From: a virus
Taxonomy: Duplodnaviria; Caudoviricetes
DNA length: 64,000 nucleotides
Virus record (IMG/VR): IMGVR_UViG_3300025163_000238
Span: 67,002-131,001 of that record
Direction: 5' to 3' (one strand)
Made by a program: the position numbers and the translations under genes. Positions within the stretch are counted from its first letter, which is position 1. Each line of letters begins with the position of its first letter. The notes beneath the pieces were generated by a model that saw only the letters and a program-made list of their open reading frames with translations, was not told the DNA's origin and did no database searches. Positions 38,001-45,822 of this stretch are shown piece after piece.

Positions 38001-38786
38001 AAAGGGAATTACGAAGCCGCAGAGAATCTCGCTCGGAAAGCTATACCTTTGTATAAGCAGATGGCCGAAGCAGCAGCTGAAAAAGCAAAAGAAATGTGGA
38101 AGGGCGCAGGCCCAGAAATAGCTGAGTTTATGGCGAAGCAAGCACGTGAAGAGGGTGCCCGTAAGGTAAAAGAGGTTCATGATTTCATACTAATGCTCGC
38201 TGACAAACGCATCGAGAAGGAAAAAGAGGAAGCTGCAAATATAAAAGAGACGATGGAAAAGATGACCAAACTATTAGAAGACCATAAAGCCGCTTTTGAG
38301 GCATCAGAGGAGTGGGCAACTCGGTATTACACTAAGTTAGAAGAAAGAATATCTTCATTGATCAAGAAGCTGAAAGAACTGCCCAGAGAGATACATGTGA
38401 GGATTATTGTTGAAGAAAGCCGTCACGTGGGTGGACTTATTGGTAAATATCTACGTCGCCAGTTTGGTGGGTTGGTTCCTGGCACAGGCAAAGGAGATAT
38501 TGTGCCTGCATTGTTAGAACCAGGAGAGTATGTAATACCAACACGTGTAGTGGAAAGATTGGGGGTGTCCTTCTTCGAATCATTACGTAAGAACACCCCC
38601 TTAACTCCTCCCCCAGTCGTTCGGATGCAAGAAGGAGGACTTGTACCAGAACCTGCGGCTGAACGAGTAGTACGACTCGACTTTAGAGTAGGTTCTGAAA
38701 CGTATCCGCTTAGGGGGAGGCCAGATGTGGTCGACGGTTTAGTTAAAGCGTTGAAAAGGAAAGCGTTAGTAGGTGCAAACGCATGA
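32013..38786 (+). CDS. Tape measure protein, 2257 aa
   Basis: Long Ala/Leu-rich helical protein after the chaperones; C-terminal GGLVPGTGKGDIVPALLEPGEYVIP. Confidence 0.93.
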   Translation: MPEEYVVEVRLENKESLDVLAHSLSEVYGELRRLNTSLNQFQKDALTTARAVQECTESMRDITQEIAESTKVLKTQNIVTQKSTKQTTQLASANQRTTAEVKKQATALTQLRGVMLGVAAAVAVAVVAYTKQEKILKAVNMLEHRKLTLAVLLKKAVEKNLITWGTAAKVLVGYGTGLKSASWAANTLTKSMTKTAFAAVVNTKQFQEVARVLSQFTTTSNIASAAVEGVKQGLIESARSSEETKAALVGIYSVLKTIDAASNAYQRLTTTQEMNRRSALELTEQILKTINASQQETEEIDREAKVTRHATMEAERRTTVLTWMKRALIGVAAAVAAVTISQRQRERIESILYKLDQRRHVMALSLAARLAEYEAQHRTTARVLASFGSVVSSLIRTTYNYARGSYDARVAVNAFTKTVKTAITTTVTELRRAPTEWLRLVKSSFLEASRLIDVYLASATGRTTRALGFLLVMIPKNVAIALVSALSGIVSKVLPTFVRELGGALLSVRENFAEAAKGSTALKAALVSLKSLARDVGVAFINLGKGVHTAILTGVVATTTLSKSVMDEAAKSATTFGETMKGVAKALIAPVAAIVTPFTDLPGVLIPKLREVMTTFKQFEVSTWSLARTTYEATRESASALRSFAAASKVFLVAHLDAVKDVIGASVKHFKIWLATLRVSEKQIPLLLKPFTLLLGSLAILSGRLLKLSPSFKSFGTTIESAGWALNRASSFTRVFSAVTTNLDRGLTEITGTSKSVTRGFGEVAKAAGLQKESILGLLGGLGKLVVHYLLVYKWHLTVAHGLEALSHLIANIGRTWVASLHHAFEVSVEFLRTELDLIRATQRYQELTKDATRTTAEWVDWTDKLAISLGKDIAPMRRVTGVLLDYAAVYGLTRSETERFIKLMIDVSTYLGTDVFMALRHVRGALAGLSLSAMYLGIQVEALKDRTKHYEEQLRKTGVAAGVDIKQKARLLALMDELNYLQGMTNKLMDTGYGAVHRYKVAQQALANAIGEAAAPAMSSLYNIMTKVIGGILGLGRGFMRAYVGVKAFLGVALQFAGSIGVLAAKVLILMETLHMLEVVLTFVNKSLYSLPIASVPFLRSILRMEGEAVKFKDIWTVAGNTIRFGARLALREIKDLVVSGVSMLSKLAASATAASKAFLTIRVPTFAVATLYGERFARAIAKQDTVASRLTETLRSVGRANLETGVHMAACATSFMWLRHNVVLCTKKILDFGKAIVQMGRLILFVRIPELIKNFKDLAITIAGAGVAVVQWMSKARTPATKYADTIAETVRRTHGMEAATRAWGGAFLQAIGLVKLSETRFAGLLGRFRGLITFISNIGIGTLGVLGEKFKLLWSIVRTVGVRFSLIAMAVLGAFRAFENLINAISETFGVTIKLTTVIKAVGTILYDIVKPIVWLGKLAVDVIAGVLTEAFAGLSLTLGLTLKLLERFPWIGGKVKGLGDKFVELSFRLDEMAKGSKTSVKATRDLRTEIENLIKTLETRERERGLNLAVAESYKVLIERAIDYKYALEAEQKLRRDLEETKKSGILSERALRAQREHLQKVTLEANSAENKFKKAIEETTKATKTEIDQVKNLGDAYIEHLRTHRGLEPALKDQATLYGLISKVQEDQARLMVGSASAAQDLASDFDQLADLFSKWAETADAEAKPALEAQAKHLKKLAEELREVGGNLEEHPELLDKLTDAYTKSAAATAVFSSETKKLKLQQDLLRAAIEAAAKAPPLKPETPEEFKKRLAEVVAIEKELRRIREEGYKKLQIQAALGVDTLDEQIKREVALTRKIREKLNALREGSEVYEETFRQYRSHIEKVVSLQTQFISQVAKSSEAYLSGVKSARDFEAQRLELLRRGSAEYEAAHARRKALDADYVGSLERIISAYEKLATSAVVAPRARQAALEQLRSIHTNLIQQVRTLQLEYLRAQKNVEKMRDALDVMRMEFRHAEEDMVNVHKSAEDRKREASERAEEYMSKAWDRYYKGNYEAAENLARKAIPLYKQMAEAAAEKAKEMWKGAGPEIAEFMAKQAREEGARKVKEVHDFILMLADKRIEKEKEEAANIKETMEKMTKLLEDHKAAFEASEEWATRYYTKLEERISSLIKKLKELPREIHVRIIVEESRHVGGLIGKYLRRQFGGLVPGTGKGDIVPALLEPGEYVIPTRVVERLGVSFFESLRKNTPLTPPPVVRMQEGGLVPEPAAERVVRLDFRVGSETYPLRGRPDVVDGLVKALKRKALVGANA

Positions 38787-39169
38787 GTTTAAAGTTTAAG
38801 TTAGCAGGAATTGAGTTACCTGACATGCTTTGGGTTGATGAAAAACTAGTTAGTGAAGTAACAGGATCTGTAGATAGGACTTTGGGGGGCACAGAAATCG
38901 TGTGGGAACATACTTTGATCGGCGGAAGGCCAATCACACTAACTACAAAATTAGGTGAATGGAGGCTGTCAACATTTACCGAAGATCAACTTGATGAGGT
39001 CCTCGAATTGGCACGGGTCCCCAACGCAACCTACAACTTAACCCATGATGGGAGTACTTACAGGGTCCGTTTTGCCCACGAAGACCCTCCATGTATTGAG
39101 ATGAACCAAATTTACCCTAGTGGGCTGTACGACGTTGTACTAAAACTACGTGAAGTAAAGCAGCTTTAG
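38783..39169 (+). CDS. Putative distal tail protein
   Basis: Directly after tape measure; LPDMLWVDE, RTLGG, GRPITL, VRFAHE. Confidence 0.65.
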   Translation: MSLKFKLAGIELPDMLWVDEKLVSEVTGSVDRTLGGTEIVWEHTLIGGRPITLTTKLGEWRLSTFTEDQLDEVLELARVPNATYNLTHDGSTYRVRFAHEDPPCIEMNQIYPSGLYDVVLKLREVKQL

Positions 39170-39179
39170 GAGGTGAAAT

Positions 39180-40583
39180 ATGGCTGTAACAAGAGACGAT
39201 TTGGCATTTGTGAAAAGCGCAACTGTTACGGACACAGACAACAACGGTGGGCGAAAAAGTTACATCGAGGTACCAAACCGTACTCGGTTTAATCTATTCC
39301 CTCGCGTAACACGTCCTGAGAGGATGAATGGTAAAACTAGATACCGTAAAGAGTTTCTATGGAACAAAAACGCAGCAAATGAAGTTGCATATGGTGTGTT
39401 AGCTTACATCTTATACCCCAGTCCGGCGGGTGACAGGTTTTATCTAGCTGAGGGGACACAGACAGACACTCAAGGGGATATTGATGACAGCTATAAATGG
39501 TATGGTGGAGGCGCACTACACTCAGACGTAACTGCTGGTGCAACTCAAATCTCGATCGAGTTTGAAAGTGATGACTACCATATTGCAAACGGGATGACTA
39601 TCGCAATCAACAGTCACTTCTTGGTTGGCCAAACAATCATGGCTGGTGTGAGAGCGTTTGACGCGGTGAAATTCGATTCTGTACAAGGTATGTGGGTAAA
39701 GGAATCTGCACCTGACGCGGACTCTGAAGACGTATACCCATATGGAACGTATTTAGGAAACAATAAAGTATTCAGCTACAATGACAACGGAGAACTAGAG
39801 TACCTCACTGTTGCAAATGACAAATATGAGAATGAAGTAATTGGAACTGGAGATGGGAACACAACTAACTTCACTGATACATTAGAACACCCTCCTGTGG
39901 AGCCGAACACAGTAGTAGTTTACTATACTATCGGAGGAGCTACTTATACTGGGTTTGCTGATGAAAACGGAAATATCACGGGGACAAACATTTCATCCGG
40001 TTCTGTAAACTCGGATGGACTTATTAACCTTACCTTCACCGCGGCTCCTGATTCTGGAACACAAATAACGTGTGACTACACTAAACGAGCTTACTCTTGG
40101 AGTGGGTATGTTTGTACTATAGACTTAGCGGAACCTGTTGCGAATGATTACCTCGCTGCGAACACTTTTGTAGGTATATGCGTCCCTATTGGGGATATAG
40201 AACCGAGTCACTCCGATGTAGTGGTCAATTCAGCAAACGGGACTTTCAACCACGCATTGATGACCGAAGATAACCAAGGCACAGTAGAGGATGACTGGAC
40301 TATAACATTCACTAGCGCGACCGAGTTCACTTGCTCTGGTGCTAACGAAGGAAGTGTCGGTACTGGAAATATCACCTCGAGCTTTAGCCCAATAAACTCA
40401 AACACAGGTCAGCCTTACTTTACGATTCCTCCTTCCGCTTGGGGAGGTGCTTGGGTGTCGGGTGATACTATTACTTTTAAAACTCACCCCGCAGCTGCAC
40501 CACTGTGGTGGAAGGAAGTAGTTCCGGCTGGGATTGGCCCATACAGTGATAATGGTGTGATGTTGGAAATCTATGTCGAATAA
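39180..40583 (+). CDS. Tail/baseplate structural protein
   Basis: NGGR, NLFPRVT..ER..GKTRYRK.F; beta-rich; tail module position. Confidence 0.75.
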   Translation: MAVTRDDLAFVKSATVTDTDNNGGRKSYIEVPNRTRFNLFPRVTRPERMNGKTRYRKEFLWNKNAANEVAYGVLAYILYPSPAGDRFYLAEGTQTDTQGDIDDSYKWYGGGALHSDVTAGATQISIEFESDDYHIANGMTIAINSHFLVGQTIMAGVRAFDAVKFDSVQGMWVKESAPDADSEDVYPYGTYLGNNKVFSYNDNGELEYLTVANDKYENEVIGTGDGNTTNFTDTLEHPPVEPNTVVVYYTIGGATYTGFADENGNITGTNISSGSVNSDGLINLTFTAAPDSGTQITCDYTKRAYSWSGYVCTIDLAEPVANDYLAANTFVGICVPIGDIEPSHSDVVVNSANGTFNHALMTEDNQGTVEDDWTITFTSATEFTCSGANEGSVGTGNITSSFSPINSNTGQPYFTIPPSAWGGAWVSGDTITFKTHPAAAPLWWKEVVPAGIGPYSDNGVMLEIYVE

Positions 40584-40595
40584 GGGAGTGCTCAA

Positions 40596-42764
40596 GTGCC
40601 CGTTGTACTTTTCGGCCAAACGACAGGCAAGGCCTTCGTTCAAACACGTAGCGGAATTCTAACCAATTCAGGAGGACAATACTTACAGTTATCCCTTCTG
40701 AGGGAAGCACATATCCCTTGGTATCTAATAACTAGTTCAGGAAGCGTGCTGAACCAGTTCCAAGCTCAACCACTAATATGGCTGATGCGTCAATGGGGAT
40801 TAATCGAGTTCCCACCACCAAAGAACATAACTCGGTTTTTAAAGAACACAGTTACAAAACTCAACATACCTCTACGGAGTTATCCTGTAACTCAAATCAT
40901 TGATGGCGCTGCGCAACAGCTGAAAAACACAATCGTGAAATACAACACTCCATCACACATCTACCATGTGAACCAGATTACTGATGGGATCGCGCAGCAG
41001 CTGAAGAGCCTAATCTCTAGTGACCCAACGCAAAGAAGCCAATTCCTACGTAACGTTTTGACCACATTTACATTGACTGCTGAGCATTATCTACGATCGT
41101 CAGTTGGTGGCGCCCCGAGCGATCTGGTGGGTTTTGGTGACGGGGTGAGTACGATGTTCACCAGCACCTTGACTTATGTACCACACATATCTTCTGTCGT
41201 TATCCATTACACCATCAATGGTGTTTCATACGAAGGTGTTGCTGATGAGAACGGGACTATAACAGGTACCTACATAGCTAGTGGGGCCATTGATCTTAAC
41301 GGTCATCTAACACTTACGTTCACAAACGCACCGGATATAGGTTCGTCAATCTTAGCTTCATATACTCGCAGGATGGTTGACTGGTCTTTAAAGGTTGATG
41401 GAGTTGATTTCAGTACGGTCGTGAGCGAAGTTCACGTTAGCCAAAGAGAGAGCGAAAAGATCAATCACATTGAGGTTACTGTGAAAGACCCTAGTAAATT
41501 CACAATGTGTGACCCCGCCCACAACTGGGGTGCAGAAAGGATTCAATTAACTGTTGGTGACACTACCTACTCTTTTCTTCTTGAGTCACGCGAAGGTTCA
41601 GAAGTAGAGTTCACAATTTGGGGAAGGGCTAAAGCAGCACTCTTAACAGAACCCTTCGCGGAGAAAGTCGACAAAGAGTGGATGGACCTAAATGCGTCGT
41701 CGATAGCATCAGAGTTAGCCGGCAGTGTGCCTCTAGACTGGGAAGCAGTGGACTACTATATTCCCTATGGTAGTTTTGAAGGTTACCCCTTAGATATAAT
41801 AGGAAGGTTAGCTGAAACAGTAGGTGCTGTTGTCCGTACTAGACCAGATGGGAGCTTAGTAGTCAGACCGAAATTCACTGTTCGCCCGAAAGACTTGTCA
41901 GAGGTAACGGAAACACGTCGTTACGATCGTTATACCAACCTAGTTTCGTTGGATTACAGTGAAGAACTTCCTACCTGTAATGCTGTGGTTGTAAAAGGCG
42001 AGCCCACAGGTCATGAAGTTTCTTTTACACTGGAGATGGATGATGGTGAACCATGCTACGAAGCTGGCGTTGATAGCGCTTATATTCGCGTGTACTCGAA
42101 TCCGGTTGGTTTTCCATACGAGGTCGTTTCAACAGGAACCGTGACAAAAGTACATGGTGCGAAAACGGAAGAGGTGGAGGAGACGATAACTATCACGAAC
42201 GAGAGCGGCTCCCTTAGACGACCAGTTTACGGGGATTTTTCCTACACATGGGTAGGCAAGTGCCAGGGAAACGTGGTACGAACTGGGAAAACGCTTCATA
42301 TTTCGGGCTGTAAGTGTGGTGTACTTCGTGTGAAATACACAACAAAGTATGATGTCTATAAAGTGTCGTGTGGAAAACTCGCACCTGATGAAAAGGAACG
42401 TCCCGTCCTAGTATGTGTTGTTGTCCCTGAAGAAGCCGCTGCTGTCTCAGTGAAGGTAGTCATGGGTAAAGGTGATAAGGAGTGTGATCCTATAGATGAT
42501 GATCTAATATCAACGGACTCTGTTGCTGTAACTCGTGGGAAGTCATTCTTGGATGATAACTACTACCTTAAGAGAAAGTTCACCTTCCGGGTCCCGTATG
42601 AAGGTGCTGTCGATGGCGAAGTTGCTGACCTGGAAGACGATGTGCACAACTTGTACGGGCGCGGCTTGATACGGCAGGCTAATATTGTGATAAATCTTAG
42701 TGGAAGTACACGTAAAATTTGGCAAGATTTGGAGGTTGTTTGCTTTGAAAATCCACCTTCTTGA
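40596..42764 (+). CDS. Putative tail hub (Tal-like) protein
   Basis: PLDIIGRLAETVGAVV..RPDGSLVVRP, NAVVVKG, AVTRGKSFL. Confidence 0.65.
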   Translation: MPVVLFGQTTGKAFVQTRSGILTNSGGQYLQLSLLREAHIPWYLITSSGSVLNQFQAQPLIWLMRQWGLIEFPPPKNITRFLKNTVTKLNIPLRSYPVTQIIDGAAQQLKNTIVKYNTPSHIYHVNQITDGIAQQLKSLISSDPTQRSQFLRNVLTTFTLTAEHYLRSSVGGAPSDLVGFGDGVSTMFTSTLTYVPHISSVVIHYTINGVSYEGVADENGTITGTYIASGAIDLNGHLTLTFTNAPDIGSSILASYTRRMVDWSLKVDGVDFSTVVSEVHVSQRESEKINHIEVTVKDPSKFTMCDPAHNWGAERIQLTVGDTTYSFLLESREGSEVEFTIWGRAKAALLTEPFAEKVDKEWMDLNASSIASELAGSVPLDWEAVDYYIPYGSFEGYPLDIIGRLAETVGAVVRTRPDGSLVVRPKFTVRPKDLSEVTETRRYDRYTNLVSLDYSEELPTCNAVVVKGEPTGHEVSFTLEMDDGEPCYEAGVDSAYIRVYSNPVGFPYEVVSTGTVTKVHGAKTEEVEETITITNESGSLRRPVYGDFSYTWVGKCQGNVVRTGKTLHISGCKCGVLRVKYTTKYDVYKVSCGKLAPDEKERPVLVCVVVPEEAAAVSVKVVMGKGDKECDPIDDDLISTDSVAVTRGKSFLDDNYYLKRKFTFRVPYEGAVDGEVADLEDDVHNLYGRGLIRQANIVINLSGSTRKIWQDLEVVCFENPPS

Positions 42765-42978
42765 AGCCAGTGAAGAGCTTAAGACTGGTGTGGTTACAGG
42801 ATTCCGTGAAGGCTTGTACATAGTAAAGGTTGGGGCTTCAACCATAAGAGCTACATCAAGTCACTCGTTCACAGTAGGCGATCGAGTTGTTGTGGGAAGA
42901 GCAGGAACACAATACGTTGTCATTGGGAAGAGAAAAGGAACCCCGCGCGAACCAAAGGTAGTCAGAGCTGATGTTTAG
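42745..42978 (+). CDS. Small OB-fold-like tail protein
   Basis: TGVVTG...Y.VKVG...FTVGDRVVV...VIG; GGAGG SD before TTG 42745. Confidence 0.55.
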   Translation: MKIHLLEASEELKTGVVTGFREGLYIVKVGASTIRATSSHSFTVGDRVVVGRAGTQYVVIGKRKGTPREPKVVRADV

Positions 42979-42988
42979 GAGCTGAAGG

Positions 42989-43489
42989 ATGGCAGAAGTC
43001 ACAAAAGGTAGCATCACTGTAACGTTTAAGGCACTGTGTGTTGCTGAACCAGGACATGGGATCACAGCCGAGTTAGATGCTGAGCGTAATGAAGGGAAGA
43101 ACTGCTTCACATATGGAGAAAAAGTATATTTTAGGGTGTATACATACCCTCATGATATGCGGATCACACTGACGTCAAGTGACGGATCGATCAACGCGGA
43201 AGGAAGCAGTACAGAAACCATCGAAGATGAGATATTAACATTCGCTGACACAAAAGAAGCCTCAACACATCGATACATCCGGGCTCTCGTCTCATACGAC
43301 TGGTTTGGGACGAGTTTGGGTCAGGTCACCTGTATTGGGGGTTCAACAATTGTGGCCGCTAAAGAAGGGTGCGCGGTACTACAACTGACATACACGAGCT
43401 TTTACCGTGTCTATAGCATAACTGTACCTCCTAGAGACTATGAGACCTACTTGGTTCTCATCCTTATTAAGGAAGTAGAGGAGAAGTAA
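42989..43489 (+). CDS. Tail protein (paralogous to 43489 and to part of 40596)
   Basis: ELDAERNEGKNCF.YGEKVYFRVY. Confidence 0.7.
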   Translation: MAEVTKGSITVTFKALCVAEPGHGITAELDAERNEGKNCFTYGEKVYFRVYTYPHDMRITLTSSDGSINAEGSSTETIEDEILTFADTKEASTHRYIRALVSYDWFGTSLGQVTCIGGSTIVAAKEGCAVLQLTYTSFYRVYSITVPPRDYETYLVLILIKEVEEK

Positions 43490-44214
43490 TGCCTGCTAGA
43501 AGTCAAATCCAAGTTGGGATCTCAAAGACTTGTGCTGGGGTTGAAGTAAAGTCCTTCACGCTTGAGTTAGACTCGGAAAAAAACAGAGGTCAATCCACAT
43601 TCCCGCCTGGGGAATTCGCTTATGTTCGGTGCTTTCCTGCGCTGCTCAAACCAGAGTTAAGAGTAAGTATGGGCACTGCGAGACTTGAAGCGGAAGGCTT
43701 ACCATTATCACAGGAAGACGAGATCACTTTCGCGCGGAGCAAGAGTGCTAATTTACGGTACCCTTATCACTCCAACTTTGAATGGGAGTGGGTAGGACGT
43801 GAAGGGCCCCCACCAAAAGTAACTACTGAGGGTACGATCTTATTAAGCGAAGAGTTTTCAGGAATCCTTAAAGTTAAATATCAGACCTTATTCGATCGAA
43901 TTGAAGTGCATTGTACAGAAGAAGCGTCGGTGCTCTTAGAAGCTATAAAGGAAGATAGATACGGCCACATCACCCTAAGGTGGAAGCCAGAAACCCGCGA
44001 AGTGTACCTGACCGTGAGAGATGCTTGCACTCGTACAATAATCCCAAGTGTCTTTGTGTGGGTTGATGGTAAGTACATAGGAACAACAGACTTACAAGGA
44101 AGGATTTATTTGGGGAAGTTAAAGGTTGGGACACATTCGTTAAAAATGTCAAAGTATGGATACCAGGACAGCGACTCAGACACAATTGCGAATGACTCTT
44201 TTACTGTGTCATGA
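43489..44214 (+). CDS. Tail protein with C-terminal PEGA/carboxypeptidase-regulatory-like domain
   Basis: ELDSEKNRGQSTF; VWVDGKYIGTT...GTHSLKMSKYGY. Confidence 0.7.
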   Translation: MPARSQIQVGISKTCAGVEVKSFTLELDSEKNRGQSTFPPGEFAYVRCFPALLKPELRVSMGTARLEAEGLPLSQEDEITFARSKSANLRYPYHSNFEWEWVGREGPPPKVTTEGTILLSEEFSGILKVKYQTLFDRIEVHCTEEASVLLEAIKEDRYGHITLRWKPETREVYLTVRDACTRTIIPSVFVWVDGKYIGTTDLQGRIYLGKLKVGTHSLKMSKYGYQDSDSDTIANDSFTVS

Positions 44215-45821
44215 CGGAACTAATTGCATACTTATGCCCACACCCTTGGAGACCACGTGGGTTGTGTAATCCCACGAACGTCAAAGCTTCTACGTCTTCT
44301 AGGACAGAAGGTGATAAAACCGAAGTTGAAACCTTCCTATGCCCTGAAGGTTTCGAGTGCAACCGAACCGAAGTGAAAGCATATTTACTTCCAAAAGATA
44401 GAAACGCAATTGACTGCCTACTCTGCGTTCCTACGTGTACTGACTCAGATGTTGAACCAACACCAGAAATCGCGAACGAAAGCTTTTGTATGAAGATGTT
44501 GGATTTACACAATGACGCTAGAGTGACACACCCAGATGAATGCCCCCCTGCCGAGTGTAGGCACTTGGAGTTAGATAAAGCCTTGTGTGAGATAGCGTTC
44601 TGGCACGCGCGCGACATGGTCGAAAATGACTACTTCCGGCACACTGATAGTTTTGGCAGGGATCATACTGCGAGACTAGAGTATTTCGGATATAAAAAAG
44701 TACCCACAAGCGAGAATATAGCCTGTAAGGAATATGTCAACACATTCAAAGGAACTTCCGCTGTTGCTATAGACTTGTTTGAGGGGTGGATGTCTAGCTC
44801 TGGACATCGTGGTAATATTATGAACCCGGCGTTTAATAGGGTAGGTTTCGGAATAGCGTATTGGATGTGGACAGATAACGTAGGAAATGTATATAAGAAG
44901 TATATAGCCGTCGCGATCTTCGCGAGTGATGATGGTCCATTCGAGAGCGCGGTTGTAGCTAAGCCGGAGCTACCATGTACAGGCGAATGTGTCGAAAAGA
45001 TTCACTGGCATCAGGATTATAAATTGGTTAAAGTATGGTATGAAGACGAATGGATCGAGTACAAAGAACCCAAACCGGTAATTATCACTCAGATAAAGCT
45101 CCCTCAAATTTGTGCTCTCTACAAAATACGGTTTCAATTCGAGCTAGGACCATGTTACGTTGAGTACTATCTAGACCAAGAAAAGAGCCCCATCCCAAGT
45201 GATAATAGGTTGGAGTTTGCGTGGAATAACAAAGAAGCGATAGGCAACTCATATATACAGGATAGGGTGTGGACAATACGTTGGAATTTCGCTGACAGTC
45301 AGCATTGCTTCTATCCTGGGAGCTATATGATAGTTTATGGGTGGCTAAAAGACTATGAGGACGAATGCAATCCTTTCATAATAGGATTTGGTTGGTTTGA
45401 GACCCACTGCTGGACGAGTGGTATAATACGAGGATGTGGCTTGCTGGACTCAGATGGTAACGTAATAGAAGGCGGTATAGGAGTGACAATGAAGGATCGC
45501 TGGGTTGGGGACTCGCGTTTGCATTGGTTAGTGGACTTCAAAGGGAGCTACTTCTGGTTAAGATGTAGTGACTCTTATAGGTATAACATAGGCGAACGTG
45601 GGGTTATCCTAAAGGGTGGCACTAGCAAGTCCTTAGACCAAAAAGGGAACCTTGTGTTAGAACCAGCGTGTCGTGGTCCAGTTCCGTGGGGTGCAGACTA
45701 CCCGTTCGTCTACAAAGCACCTGACGGAAGAATGTTTTTCGACCCAATAAGTGATAGCAACGTAGCGTACACTTTGGATCGTGGGTCAGATATATTACTT
45801 CCCGTAAGATTCTGGTGGTAA
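44211..45821 (+). CDS. Cys-rich protein with a CAP/SCP domain
   Basis: HNDAR, A.WHARDM...DYFRH, SENIA, WMSSSGHRGNIMNP...VGFG. Confidence 0.85.
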   Translation: MTELIAYLCPHPWRPRGLCNPTNVKASTSSRTEGDKTEVETFLCPEGFECNRTEVKAYLLPKDRNAIDCLLCVPTCTDSDVEPTPEIANESFCMKMLDLHNDARVTHPDECPPAECRHLELDKALCEIAFWHARDMVENDYFRHTDSFGRDHTARLEYFGYKKVPTSENIACKEYVNTFKGTSAVAIDLFEGWMSSSGHRGNIMNPAFNRVGFGIAYWMWTDNVGNVYKKYIAVAIFASDDGPFESAVVAKPELPCTGECVEKIHWHQDYKLVKVWYEDEWIEYKEPKPVIITQIKLPQICALYKIRFQFELGPCYVEYYLDQEKSPIPSDNRLEFAWNNKEAIGNSYIQDRVWTIRWNFADSQHCFYPGSYMIVYGWLKDYEDECNPFIIGFGWFETHCWTSGIIRGCGLLDSDGNVIEGGIGVTMKDRWVGDSRLHWLVDFKGSYFWLRCSDSYRYNIGERGVILKGGTSKSLDQKGNLVLEPACRGPVPWGADYPFVYKAPDGRMFFDPISDSNVAYTLDRGSDILLPVRFWW

Positions 45822-45822
45822 G

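Noticed and set aside
30764-44214. Contractile tail or tailocin
   Set aside because: No sheath or baseplate J-like gene recognised; head and packaging genes are present.
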